DNA from: Lancefieldella sp. Marseille-Q7238
GTDB taxonomy: Bacteria; Actinomycetota; Coriobacteriia; Coriobacteriales; Atopobiaceae
Assembly: GCF_949152215.1 (NCBI RefSeq)
Contig: NZ_OX424407.1
Span: 414,530-438,529 of the forward strand
Direction of reading: 5' to 3'
Length of the DNA stretch: 24,000 nucleotides
Part shown: in pieces, positions 1 to 10,788 of the stretch
How positions within the stretch are numbered: position 1 is the stretch's first letter
Layout of the letters: each line of letters starts with the position of its first letter
The notes under the pieces: generated by a model
The model's database searches: none
Seen by the model: only the letters and a program-made list of their open reading frames with translations
What the model was told of the DNA's origin: nothing
Program-made: the position numbers and the translations under genes

Positions 1-2254
1 CCAAAATATCATGCAGACGGGGATCGTAATCGACAGGCTCTTCTCGGCCGTTCATGCGGTTGATGTAGCTGGTAACCATGCCAGCACCAAGAGGTCCGGG
101 GCGATACAGCGCGATAAGAGCGACGACATGCTTGAACTCCGTAGGCCTCATGCCTTTGATGGTGGCTGTCATGCCGGCGGACTCAACCTGAAAGACGCCG
201 GCTGTGCGACCGTCCGACATGAGCTTGAATATCTCGGGATCGGTAAAGGGAATCTCATCAACGTTAATATCCACGCCAAAGTTCGCCTTGATGTTTTTGA
301 GCGCGCGGGAGATGACGGTCAAAGTGCGCAAGCCCAAAAAGTCCATCTTCAAAAGGCCCATATCGGCAACGGAATGGCCTTCGAACTGGGTGATTTCAAC
401 CTCGCCTTTGGTGTCCATCTTGGTGGGTACGTGATCGTTGACGGGCGTGGGCGCAATCAGAACAGCGCAGGCGTGAACTCCCTCACCACGATGCAGGCCT
501 TCGATGGCAAGGGCGGCATCGATAATTTCGCGGGAGACTTCCTCGGAGTTATACGCTTCTTCAAAATCGGGATTATAGAGGTCGTTCTTCTCGCCATCAC
601 CCTTGTGGAGCACGCTTGAAAGATGCGCTTTGGGGTCGTTGGAAATCATTTTAGACAGGCGCTGGCCCTGGTAGACGGGATAGTCAAGCACGCGACACGC
701 ATCGTTTATGGCTTGCTTCGCCTTAATGGTTGAGTAGGTGATAACGTGGCTGACACGCTCGGGGCCGTAAAGCTGACGGACGTGATCAATGACCTCAAGG
801 CGACGTTCATCGTCGAAATCCATATCGATATCGGGCATCTCGGAGCGTTGCGGCGAGAGGAACCTCTCAAACATGAGGCCGTTTTCAAGCGGATCAAAGG
901 TAGTGATATCCATCGCATAGGCAACGATGGCTCCCGCTGCAGATCCGCGGCCGGGGCCGACGCCAATACCGTTTTGTTTGGCCCAGCGCACATACTCTTG
1001 AACAATGAGGAAGTAATCTGCAAAGCCCTTCTTGCAGATAATGTCATATTCATACTCAAAACGCTCTTTGACGTTGATGCCGCTGATCTCTACCTCGCGC
1101 CAGTTCTGGCCATAGCGCCTGGCAAGACCTTCCTCGCACTCCTTGCGGAAGCGCTCCTCGGAAGTCTCCCCCTCCGCCAGGTCCGGGAACTTAGGCAGGT
1201 ACATATGGGTCCAGTCAAGCTCGTAGTTACACTTGGCGGCAACCTCAAGCGTGTTGTCGATGACCTCCGGAGCCCACGAGAAGATCTCCCGCATCTCTTC
1301 TTCCGTCTTGAAATAGAACTCCGTACCCGACATACGCTTTCTGTTGGCGTCGGCAAACTTTGAACCGGTGCCGATACAGCTTGCAATGTCTTGTACAGAG
1401 GCATCTTCACGCGTGAGGTAGTGATTATCGTTGGTAGCAACGACCTTGATGCCCAGTTTGTGGCCAAGGTTGAGGATATGCTCTGAAAGCGTGCGATCGT
1501 CAAAACCGTTCCAATTGGGATCGGACAGGCCGTGATCTTGCACCTCAAGATAGAAATCATCTCCGAAGATATCCTTGTAGATGAGCGCCCATCTCTCAGC
1601 TTCTTCGGGTTGCCCCGCAAAGAAACTCCTGGGAATGATGCCGGAAACACAGGCGGATGTGCAGATGATGCCCTCATGATAGCGGCGGAGCATATCAAGC
1701 GTAGTACGAGGCTTGAAGTAGAACATCTCCTTGCTGGCGGCCTCAGACATCATCTTCATGAGATTGACGTAGCCCGCCTCGTTTTTGGCGAGAAGGATCA
1801 GATGGTAGCGCGTCTGTTTGGTACCGCGCTCGATGCAGTCATTAGTAATGAAATAGGCCTCGCAGCCGAAAATAGGCTTGATGAGCGGATGCGGTTTATT
1901 TGCCTTTACCGCTCCTATATCATGCGTTTCATTCCAAATGGACACATCGCGCTCCCACTGGCGGTGCCTTTGATCATGCTCTCCTGCGTCAAGAGCATCC
2001 GCCGGCGGTTCCTCCAGGTCCCAGCCTTTTTGAAAGCACTCGACATCCGTGCGCCATTGCTGCATATCCTTTTGCGCGTCATTGTATTTGCGGCAGGCAA
2101 GATCAAAATCAGGGATACCAAACAAATAACCGTGATCCGTAAGGGCAAGCGCCGGCATCTTCAGATCAACCGCACGTTTGACCATATCGTTTACGCGTGT
2201 AGCGGCGTCCAGGATGGAAAAATCCGAGTGGTTATGGAGGTGTACGAAGGCCAT
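1..2254 (-). CDS. dnaE: DNA polymerase III alpha subunit (DnaE), N-terminal ~751 codons; the gene continues beyond the left edge
   Basis: Not in the ORF track because there is no in-window stop. Manual reverse translation from ATG 2254-2252 stays open to position 2. It reads MAFVHLHNHSDFSILDAATR (PHP domain), GVGPGRGSAAGAIVAYAMDIT, SEMPDIDMDFDDERR (catalytic Asp cluster), GVFQVESAGM and ALYRPGPLG. An in-frame TAG TAG about 100 nt upstream bounds the frame. The ATG gives the canonical M-x-FVHLH N-terminus. Plus-strand ORFs 11-619, 746-1363 and 1532-2380 are antisense shadows. Confidence 0.9.
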   Translation of the reverse strand, partial: MAFVHLHNHSDFSILDAATRVNDMVKRAVDLKMPALALTDHGYLFGIPDFDLACRKYNDAQKDMQQWRTDVECFQKGWDLEEPPADALDAGEHDQRHRQWERDVSIWNETHDIGAVKANKPHPLIKPIFGCEAYFITNDCIERGTKQTRYHLILLAKNEAGYVNLMKMMSEAASKEMFYFKPRTTLDMLRRYHEGIICTSACVSGIIPRSFFAGQPEEAERWALIYKDIFGDDFYLEVQDHGLSDPNWNGFDDRTLSEHILNLGHKLGIKVVATNDNHYLTREDASVQDIASCIGTGSKFADANRKRMSGTEFYFKTEEEMREIFSWAPEVIDNTLEVAAKCNYELDWTHMYLPKFPDLAEGETSEERFRKECEEGLARRYGQNWREVEISGINVKERFEYEYDIICKKGFADYFLIVQEYVRWAKQNGIGVGPGRGSAAGAIVAYAMDITTFDPLENGLMFERFLSPQRSEMPDIDMDFDDERRLEVIDHVRQLYGPERVSHVITYSTIKAKQAINDACRVLDYPVYQGQRLSKMISNDPKAHLSSVLHKGDGEKNDLYNPDFEEAYNSEEVSREIIDAALAIEGLHRGEGVHACAVLIAPTPVNDHVPTKMDTKGEVEITQFEGHSVADMGLLKMDFLGLRTLTVISRALKNIKANFGVDINVDEIPFTDPEIFKLMSDGRTAGVFQVESAGMTATIKGMRPTEFKHVVALIALYRPGPLGAGMVTSYINRMNGREEPVDYDPRLHDIL

Positions 2255-2550
2255 ATTCTCTCTCACATCTTCAGGTTGCACTTGTGTGCCGAGGCCGCCG
2301 CTCCCCCATACGAGAAGAGCTTTCCCGGCGCTGTTTTTCTCGCTTCTCTACTATACCTGAAAGCGCCGTTTTTTGCCTGAGATACAAACATATGTTCTAG
2401 CTGCCAAAAGCTAAAAAATCGCAGGTAAAATTCGTACAAGTAATTTATCGGCTGATAATAAAATTTGCACCTCACGGAAATGTAGTTATCCGTAGATATC
2501 GGCCAACTCTCTGCATGATCGAGAGGTGAATGGCATTCTGCCATCTGACC

Positions 2551-2592
2551 TGAAGAAGGAGCCGGCGCTCTGAAGAGCCGGCTCCTTCTTCA
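2551..2592 (-). terminator. Strong hairpin downstream of the bgl genes; terminator candidate without a U-tract
   Basis: Perfect 16-bp inverted repeat TGAAGAAGGAGCCGGC (2551-2566) / GCCGGCTCCTTCTTCA (2577-2592) with a 10-nt loop. It lies 34 nt past the stop of the GH1 gene (2626) and ahead of the AT-rich dnaE upstream region. Neither strand has a T-run after the stem. Confidence 0.5.
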
Positions 2593-2625
2593 TTCCATCG
2601 GTTCGGCAAAGCGTATGTCTCACTA

Positions 2626-5603
<2,978 letters not shown>

Positions 5604-5731
5604 GAGTTCCCCTTTCGATGTGGGACTGCCCTTCCTTGACTCAGAAGTGTACGGAGGCCCCTTCCGTGATACCATGGCGGAAGAAACTGTCTTGACTGAC
5701 CTAACTTACACTCTTGTTTATCTAAGTGATG

Positions 5732-5767
5732 ACATGCAGATTTCCGTCTTATATCGTCACATGCAGA
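5732..5767. promoter_or_regulatory. Direct repeat ACATGCAGA x2 in the divergent araC-like/bgl control region; candidate regulator binding sites
   Basis: ACATGCAGA occurs at 5732-5740 and again at 5759-5767, 27 bp start to start. Both copies lie in the 208-bp intergenic region between the EIIBC start (5603, minus) and the AraC-family start (5812, plus). A GCATGC palindrome follows at 5771-5776. Confidence 0.3.
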
Positions 5768-5811
5768 AGAGCATGCTGTCCTCATAAATCCCCCCCTCTT
5801 GGAAGGAGCAG

Positions 5812-6810
5812 ATGATGGAAGAGGCTGAGCTCGATCAAGCACTCCGGGAAACAACGCCGGCAGAACTCCGCCATCGTATGGAAGGTCCCGGCCAGCTTTC
5901 CGAGCGCTATCGCAAGATTGGTAAGGTCATGGTCGATGGACGCGAAGTCTATCTCTTCACCTTCAACACGCTGCTGAAGGAATCGAACTTCTGTATCCGC
6001 AAGGAGTCCCGCTATACCCATATCCCCGACCATATCCACAAAGCCTCCGAGCTCCTCTATGTCTATTCCGGCTCCTGCACGCAGATGGTCGACGGGACCG
6101 AAGTGCGCATGTCTCAAGGAGATCTCTGCATCCTCGACTCGGGGGTCGTGCACAGCATCGGATACCTCGGCGAAGACGATATAATCATCACCATCGTGAT
6201 GCGCAAGGAATACCTCAAGCACAAGCTCCTGGGACGTCTGGGAGAAGGCGGCATCATCAATGCCTTCATAGCCTCCGCCATCTCGGAGCGAGCAGAGCAT
6301 GACAGCTTCTATGTGCTCAGGAATATGAGTTCCGAAGCCCGCCATCATATCGTACAGATCCTGAGCGAGTACTTCAGCCACGATGTCTACAACGAAGAGA
6401 TCATTGCTGCCGAGATGGTGCTCCTGTTCTGCAGGCTGCTGCGGCAGTTCCGCGATACCGACCTCCAGAAGAAGTCCCAAAAGAGCTTCGATATCTTGCC
6501 GGTCCTGCGCTACATCGAAGAGAACTATGCCGACGTGACGCTTGCCAAGGCAGCTGCGCACTTCGGGTTCAGCCCCAACTATCTGAGCAAACGCATCAGC
6601 TCAGAGACCGGACACACCTTCAAGGAGCTTGTAATCCTCCAGCGAATGAGCACGGCCTACTTCCGCATACAGAACTCCCAGGATCCTATAGCCGAAATCG
6701 CCGAAGAGGTCGGCTACGAGAATCTGAGCTACTTCTACTGCAAGTTTCAGGAAATCTTTGGCGTGAAGCCTGGCGCACTCAGATCAGGGCTTGGAGCTTC
6801 TTCCCTCTGA
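5812..6810 (+). CDS. AraC-family transcriptional regulator (cupin-like sensor plus AraC double HTH), 332 aa
   Basis: The C-terminal region is AraC-type HTH: YIEENYADVTLAKAAAHFGFSPNYLSKRISSETGHTFKELV...IAEEVGYENLSYFYCKFQEIFGVKP. A GGAAGGAG SD lies just upstream of ATGATG, so the start is 5812 or 5815. The gene is divergent from the bgl genes. Confidence 0.88.
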   Translation: MMEEAELDQALRETTPAELRHRMEGPGQLSERYRKIGKVMVDGREVYLFTFNTLLKESNFCIRKESRYTHIPDHIHKASELLYVYSGSCTQMVDGTEVRMSQGDLCILDSGVVHSIGYLGEDDIIITIVMRKEYLKHKLLGRLGEGGIINAFIASAISERAEHDSFYVLRNMSSEARHHIVQILSEYFSHDVYNEEIIAAEMVLLFCRLLRQFRDTDLQKKSQKSFDILPVLRYIEENYADVTLAKAAAHFGFSPNYLSKRISSETGHTFKELVILQRMSTAYFRIQNSQDPIAEIAEEVGYENLSYFYCKFQEIFGVKPGALRSGLGASSL

Positions 6811-6841
6811 AGGCTTGACCAAGCCCCAGTGCCCAGACATC

Positions 6842-7054
6842 TCAGGGACAGCTTCCCGGAGCAAGAGACAGCACGAGCGACGAGGACCTCCCCCAAAGCG
6901 CCGTCGGCGATGCCTTGAGTCCCGCCTCCGCGATGACGGACCTCGTCTGCACGACCGCGATGGATGCGCAGATGTCGCCGAGGATCTTACTCCGCACGGC
7001 AAGCTCCGTCCACTTCGAAAGGGGCAGCAGGCCTGCATGGCCCTTCGCGGTCAA
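6842..7054 (-). CDS. Orphan 70-codon ORF with strong coding-type GC3 bias; hypothetical small protein or gene remnant
   Basis: TTG-initiated ORF (TAKGHAGLLPLSKWTELAVRSKILGDICASIAVVQTRSVIAEAGLKASPTALWG...). By manual count about 80% of third codon positions in this frame are G/C. The local region 6811-7060 is about 60% GC, above its flanks. No SD and no ATG are present, and I recognise no family. Confidence 0.25.
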   Translation of the reverse strand: MTAKGHAGLLPLSKWTELAVRSKILGDICASIAVVQTRSVIAEAGLKASPTALWGRSSSLVLSLAPGSCP

Positions 7055-7151
7055 ACGGACTAAGTTTCTATAAGGTAACTCTTTGAAATTGATCGCTGCC
7101 TCTGGGCATATACTTAAACGGTTCTGTCATTCAAGCCGTAAAGGAGTATCT

Positions 7152-8510
7152 ATGGACGAAATGAAAAGCATTACCTTCGATGACGTTTCTTCCGCGCAAG
7201 ACAACTTTGTCTCTGAGCGTGCGAACCTGGTTGCTAAAAACGCCGCCACTGCCGCCGGCGTACGCAAAGCAGCGCGCGTTCCCGAGGGTGTCGCGGAAAA
7301 TCCGCTGTCATTTGACATAGAGGTCAAGCAGGGTGAGCGTACCAATCAGAAGCACTCCGGCCGCTGCTGGATGTTCGCTTCTCTCAACACCTTCCGCTAC
7401 CGTATTATCAAAACATACAACCTTTCCACCTTTGAGCTTTCGCAAGCCTATCCCCTGTTCTGGGACAAGATGGAAAAATCTAACTGGTTCCTTGAGAATA
7501 TCCTCGATACCCTCAACGAACCGCTCAACGGTCGTCTTGTTTCGTTCCTGCTAACTGATCCCATCGGCGACGGTGGACAGTGGGATATGTTCAAGAGCCT
7601 CGTAAAGAAGTACGGCGTCGTACCCAAGGAAGCCATGCCTGAAACCGAGAACTCCAGCAATACGCATGACATGGACAAGTACTTGACTCGTTACCTGCGC
7701 GGAGCAGCTAAACGCCTGCGTGAGACACACGAAGCCGGAGAATCAGAGGAAACACTTCGAGAAATGAAGAAAGAAATGATGAGCGAGGTCTACGCCCTTC
7801 TCGTCACCTGCCTCGGAGAGCCTCCAGCGCGCTTTGAGGTACGCCTGCGCGACAAGGACGACAAACTCGTAGCTGCTGGCACCTACACTCCCCAACAGTT
7901 CTTTGACGAGTTTGTTGACATGAACCTTGACGATTACATCTCTCTCATCTCAGCTCCGACAGCCGACAAGCCTTTCAATCATACCTATACGGTCTCCCGT
8001 CTGGGCAATGTCATTGAAGACGGCGGCGTACGCTACATCAACCTTGAACCGAAAGAGCTCAAGCGCGTGGCCATCGCACAGCTTAAGGATAATCTGCCGG
8101 TGTGGTTTGGCTGCGATGTTGATCAGTCGTATCTCCGCGATGAAGGCATTATGGACACTCGTGCTTTGGATATCGACGCTCTTTTCGGCTTCCCGGTCGA
8201 AGGCGCGCTCAATAAGGCGGAGCGCCTTGACTATGGTGAGTCGCTCATGACGCACGCCATGGTACTTGAGGGTGTCAACCTTGATCAGAATGACAAACCG
8301 ACCCTTTGGAAGGTAGAGAACAGCTGGGGCAAGGATCACGGCCGCGACGGCTTCGATACTATTTCGGATTCCTGGTTTGATGAGTACGTCTACCAGGTCG
8401 TCGTTGACAAGAAGTATCTGACTGAAGAACAAAAGCACATCTTTGAGACTGAAACGCCAACGGTACTTGAACCCTGGGATCCCATGGGATCACTCGCCCG
8501 CTGCCGCTAA
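7152..8510 (+). CDS. pepC: Aminopeptidase C (peptidase C1-like, bleomycin-hydrolase family), paralog 1, 452 aa
   Basis: Track ORF starts at TTG 7083. I trimmed the start to ATG 7152, which is preceded by AAGGAG (7141-7146). The catalytic Cys is in NQKHSGRCWMFASLN, His in LMTHAMVLEG and Asn in VENSWGKDHG. The C-terminus reads EPWDPMGSLARCR. Confidence 0.92.
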   Translation: MDEMKSITFDDVSSAQDNFVSERANLVAKNAATAAGVRKAARVPEGVAENPLSFDIEVKQGERTNQKHSGRCWMFASLNTFRYRIIKTYNLSTFELSQAYPLFWDKMEKSNWFLENILDTLNEPLNGRLVSFLLTDPIGDGGQWDMFKSLVKKYGVVPKEAMPETENSSNTHDMDKYLTRYLRGAAKRLRETHEAGESEETLREMKKEMMSEVYALLVTCLGEPPARFEVRLRDKDDKLVAAGTYTPQQFFDEFVDMNLDDYISLISAPTADKPFNHTYTVSRLGNVIEDGGVRYINLEPKELKRVAIAQLKDNLPVWFGCDVDQSYLRDEGIMDTRALDIDALFGFPVEGALNKAERLDYGESLMTHAMVLEGVNLDQNDKPTLWKVENSWGKDHGRDGFDTISDSWFDEYVYQVVVDKKYLTEEQKHIFETETPTVLEPWDPMGSLARCR

Positions 8511-8560
8511 ACGCATATCGCAGCAACAGCGTTTTATGTAATTCACAGTAAGGAGACTGT

Positions 8561-10075
8561 ATGTCAGAAGCAACCATTGACCCCAAATGGGCCGCAAAAC
8601 AGCAAAAGGCATTTAGCAAAGATCGGGCTAATCGTATTGCACGTAACTCTGTCACGTCCATGGACGTTATGGCGGCGGCTCGTGACGTTACCGCCATGCG
8701 CAGCTACACCGATACGTACGGCATTTCCATTCCCAAGACCGGCGATATTACCAACCAGCGCCAAAGCGGCCGCTGCTGGATGTTTGCCGCCTTCAACGTC
8801 CTGCGTCAGGAAGCCATCAAATTTTTGGATGTGGATACGTTTGAGTTTTCGCAGGCATACGGTATGTTTTATGACAAGCTTGAAAAAGTCAATTCAACGC
8901 TTGAATACATCATCGAAACTACCAACAAACCTGCTGATGATCGCTTGGTGCAGACGCTTCTTACCGAGGGCATCGGAGACGGTGGCTATTATCCCTTTGC
9001 CATGAACTTAGTAAAGAAGTACGGCCTGGTTCCCAAGAGTGCCATGCCTGAGACTGCATGCTCTAAGAACTCAGACCAGATGGACGCACGCATCGACCGT
9101 CTTTTCCGCAAAGACGCCACACTGCTCCGCAAGGCCGCGGCCAACGGAGCAACCCTTGATGAGCTCCACGCAACCAAACAAAAAATGCTTGGCGATTTCT
9201 ACAAGATTCTTTCCGTCTGCCTTGGCGAACCGCCAATCAAGTTTGACTTTGAGCTCAAGGTTGGCAAGAATTGCAAGGCTGATGCCAAGAAGCTTTCCCC
9301 AATCGAGCCTTCCGAAAAAACAGACGATGCCGACTCCGCCAAAGAGAACCGCAAAAAGAATACTGCGAACAAAAAGGGCGAAACAGACGAGAAGGACGAG
9401 AAAGGCTCCCAGATTCTGCGCGACTTTGGTATTACGCCGCTCCAATTTGTCGAACGGTATTGCAACATCAACCCGGAGAACTTTGTTGCGTTGGTTTCCA
9501 TTCCCGGCACCCAGTTCCCCTACGGTAAGGTATATCGTGTCAAGCATGTTGATTCCGTTCTCGGTGGGCTGAAGACACGCTGCCTGAACGTTGAGCCTGA
9601 GGTTCTTGAGGCCGCAACCATTGCCTCTCTTAAAGCGGGACATCCGGTTGCCATGGCATGCGATGTCATGCAGGAATTCCCCCGTCGCATTCAGGATTTC
9701 AATTACGTCCTGTCTACCGATACCGTTGATTTCAACGGTCTTTTTGGCGTTGACTTTGACATGGATCGTACGTCCATGATTGACCACTATGAAACCTACC
9801 TCACGCACGCCATGACCTTCCAGGGCGTTGAGCTTGACAAAGACGGTAAGGCAAAGCAGTGGCGCATTGAGAACAGCTGGGGTAAGGATGCCGGTAAGGA
9901 TGGTTATCTCATCATGAGCGCCGATTGGTTCCGCCTCTACGGTGGAGAGTCCGACGTTCGCCGCGAGTACGTTTCCAAAGAGCTTCTTGAGCTTTGGGAC
10001 GACGAGTCAAAGGACGTTGAGGTGGAACTCTGGTCCGGTATGGGCCGCGCACTCGGCGGTCGCGGACGCAACTAG
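8561..10075 (+). CDS. pepC: Aminopeptidase C paralog 2 with a charged low-complexity insertion, 504 aa
   Basis: AAGGAG SD upstream of ATG 8561. The catalytic triad contexts NQRQSGRCWMFAAFN, YLTHAMTFQG and IENSWGKDAG are all present. A K/D/E-rich insertion of about 48 aa (CKADAKKLSPIEPSEKTDDADSAKENRKKNTANKKGETDEKDEKGS, nt ~9266-9409) is absent from paralog 1. The C-terminus reads ELWSGMGRALGGRGRN. Confidence 0.9.
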   Translation: MSEATIDPKWAAKQQKAFSKDRANRIARNSVTSMDVMAAARDVTAMRSYTDTYGISIPKTGDITNQRQSGRCWMFAAFNVLRQEAIKFLDVDTFEFSQAYGMFYDKLEKVNSTLEYIIETTNKPADDRLVQTLLTEGIGDGGYYPFAMNLVKKYGLVPKSAMPETACSKNSDQMDARIDRLFRKDATLLRKAAANGATLDELHATKQKMLGDFYKILSVCLGEPPIKFDFELKVGKNCKADAKKLSPIEPSEKTDDADSAKENRKKNTANKKGETDEKDEKGSQILRDFGITPLQFVERYCNINPENFVALVSIPGTQFPYGKVYRVKHVDSVLGGLKTRCLNVEPEVLEAATIASLKAGHPVAMACDVMQEFPRRIQDFNYVLSTDTVDFNGLFGVDFDMDRTSMIDHYETYLTHAMTFQGVELDKDGKAKQWRIENSWGKDAGKDGYLIMSADWFRLYGGESDVRREYVSKELLELWDDESKDVEVELWSGMGRALGGRGRN

Positions 10076-10100
10076 TACGCAGCCAAAGACGTACCCACAC

Positions 10101-10134
10101 AAGCGGACAGCTCACGGGGTTGTCCGCTTTTTGT
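10101..10134 (+). terminator. Intrinsic terminator after the pepC pair
   Basis: AAGCGGACA (10101-10109) / TGTCCGCTT (10121-10129) form the stem with an 11-nt loop, followed by TTTTTGT. The site is 26 nt after the pepC2 stop. It lies between convergent genes, so it may also serve the yigZ-like gene, although the minus strand has no T-run. Confidence 0.7.
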
Positions 10135-10144
10135 ACGCCTCGCC

Positions 10145-10786
10145 TTAGAACGTATCAAAGCGCGGTGCTTCCACCGTCGGCACAAGATCACCTGAGCCAA
10201 GTTCTCTCAGCGCATCCACAAACGCCGCCTCTTCTCCGCTTTTGAAATCCATTGCGAGAAGTACTTCCGCTCCAAAGTCGCTCCGTACTATCTTGCCCCC
10301 AGAATCAGAAACCATATGACATATCCGCTCGTAGCGCGTATACGGAACGCTCAGCACCACGCGGGTAACCAACCGCATTTCAACAAGTGAGTTGTTCTTC
10401 TCGGCATCCATAAGAGCAATCTGTGTCGCTGCGGTATATGCGCGGACCAAACCTCCCGGACCAAGCAACGTGCCGCCGAAGTAGCGCGTTACCACACAGC
10501 ATACGTCGGCAAGACCGGCGCCATGTAAAACCTCAAGGATTGGCATACCGGCGGTACGTGACGGTTCACCGTCGTCAGAGCAGCGCTCACGACCATCCGA
10601 AAGAACCCATGCCGGCACGTTATGGCGGGCGTCATGATAACGCGCGCGAACGCCGGCGATATAGTCGTTCGCCTCATCTTCGGACACAATATGAGTAAGT
10701 TGGGCAATAAAACGGCTCCGGCGATCCTCATAAATGCCGGTCGCTTCAAAGCCCGAAGCAAGCGTTTTGTATGACAAACGACTCAC
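10145..10786 (-). CDS. yigZ: YigZ / IMPACT-family (UPF0029) protein, about 213 aa
   Basis: Family motifs RRSRFIAQL, DDGEPSRTAGMPILEVL and VVTRYFGGTLLGPGGLVRAY are present. The track ORF begins at TTG 10816 and overlaps the upstream EIIA gene. I prefer GTG 10786 (MSRLSYKTL...), which matches the family N-terminal length. It sits 2 nt after the EIIA stop (TAA TA GTG), consistent with translational coupling. The start remains uncertain between 10816, 10786 and 10777. Confidence 0.8.
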   Translation of the reverse strand: MSRLSYKTLASGFEATGIYEDRRSRFIAQLTHIVSEDEANDYIAGVRARYHDARHNVPAWVLSDGRERCSDDGEPSRTAGMPILEVLHGAGLADVCCVVTRYFGGTLLGPGGLVRAYTAATQIALMDAEKNNSLVEMRLVTRVVLSVPYTRYERICHMVSDSGGKIVRSDFGAEVLLAMDFKSGEEAAFVDALRELGSGDLVPTVEAPRFDTF

Positions 10787-10788
10787 TA

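Noticed and set aside
11-2380. Long plus-strand ORFs (11-619, 746-1363, 1532-2380; 202-282 aa) covering the left 2.4 kb.
   Set aside because: Their translations are low-complexity and family-less. The opposite strand, in one continuous frame, encodes an unmistakable DnaE (PHP domain plus polymerase core). These ORFs are antisense shadows. The real gene is missing from the track only because it has no stop inside the window.
2263-2544. 93-aa minus-strand ORF in the dnaE upstream region.
   Set aside because: The sequence is AT-rich and promoter-like, there is no SD, and the composition is implausible (FYYQPINYLYEFYLRFFSFW). It overlaps the probable dnaE leader or promoter.
6788-6825. Hairpin GGCTTGG...CCAAGCC spanning the AraC-family stop codon, considered as a terminator.
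   Set aside because: The stem is only 7 bp, the loop is 24 nt and partly structured, and there is no T-run. This is too weak to call.
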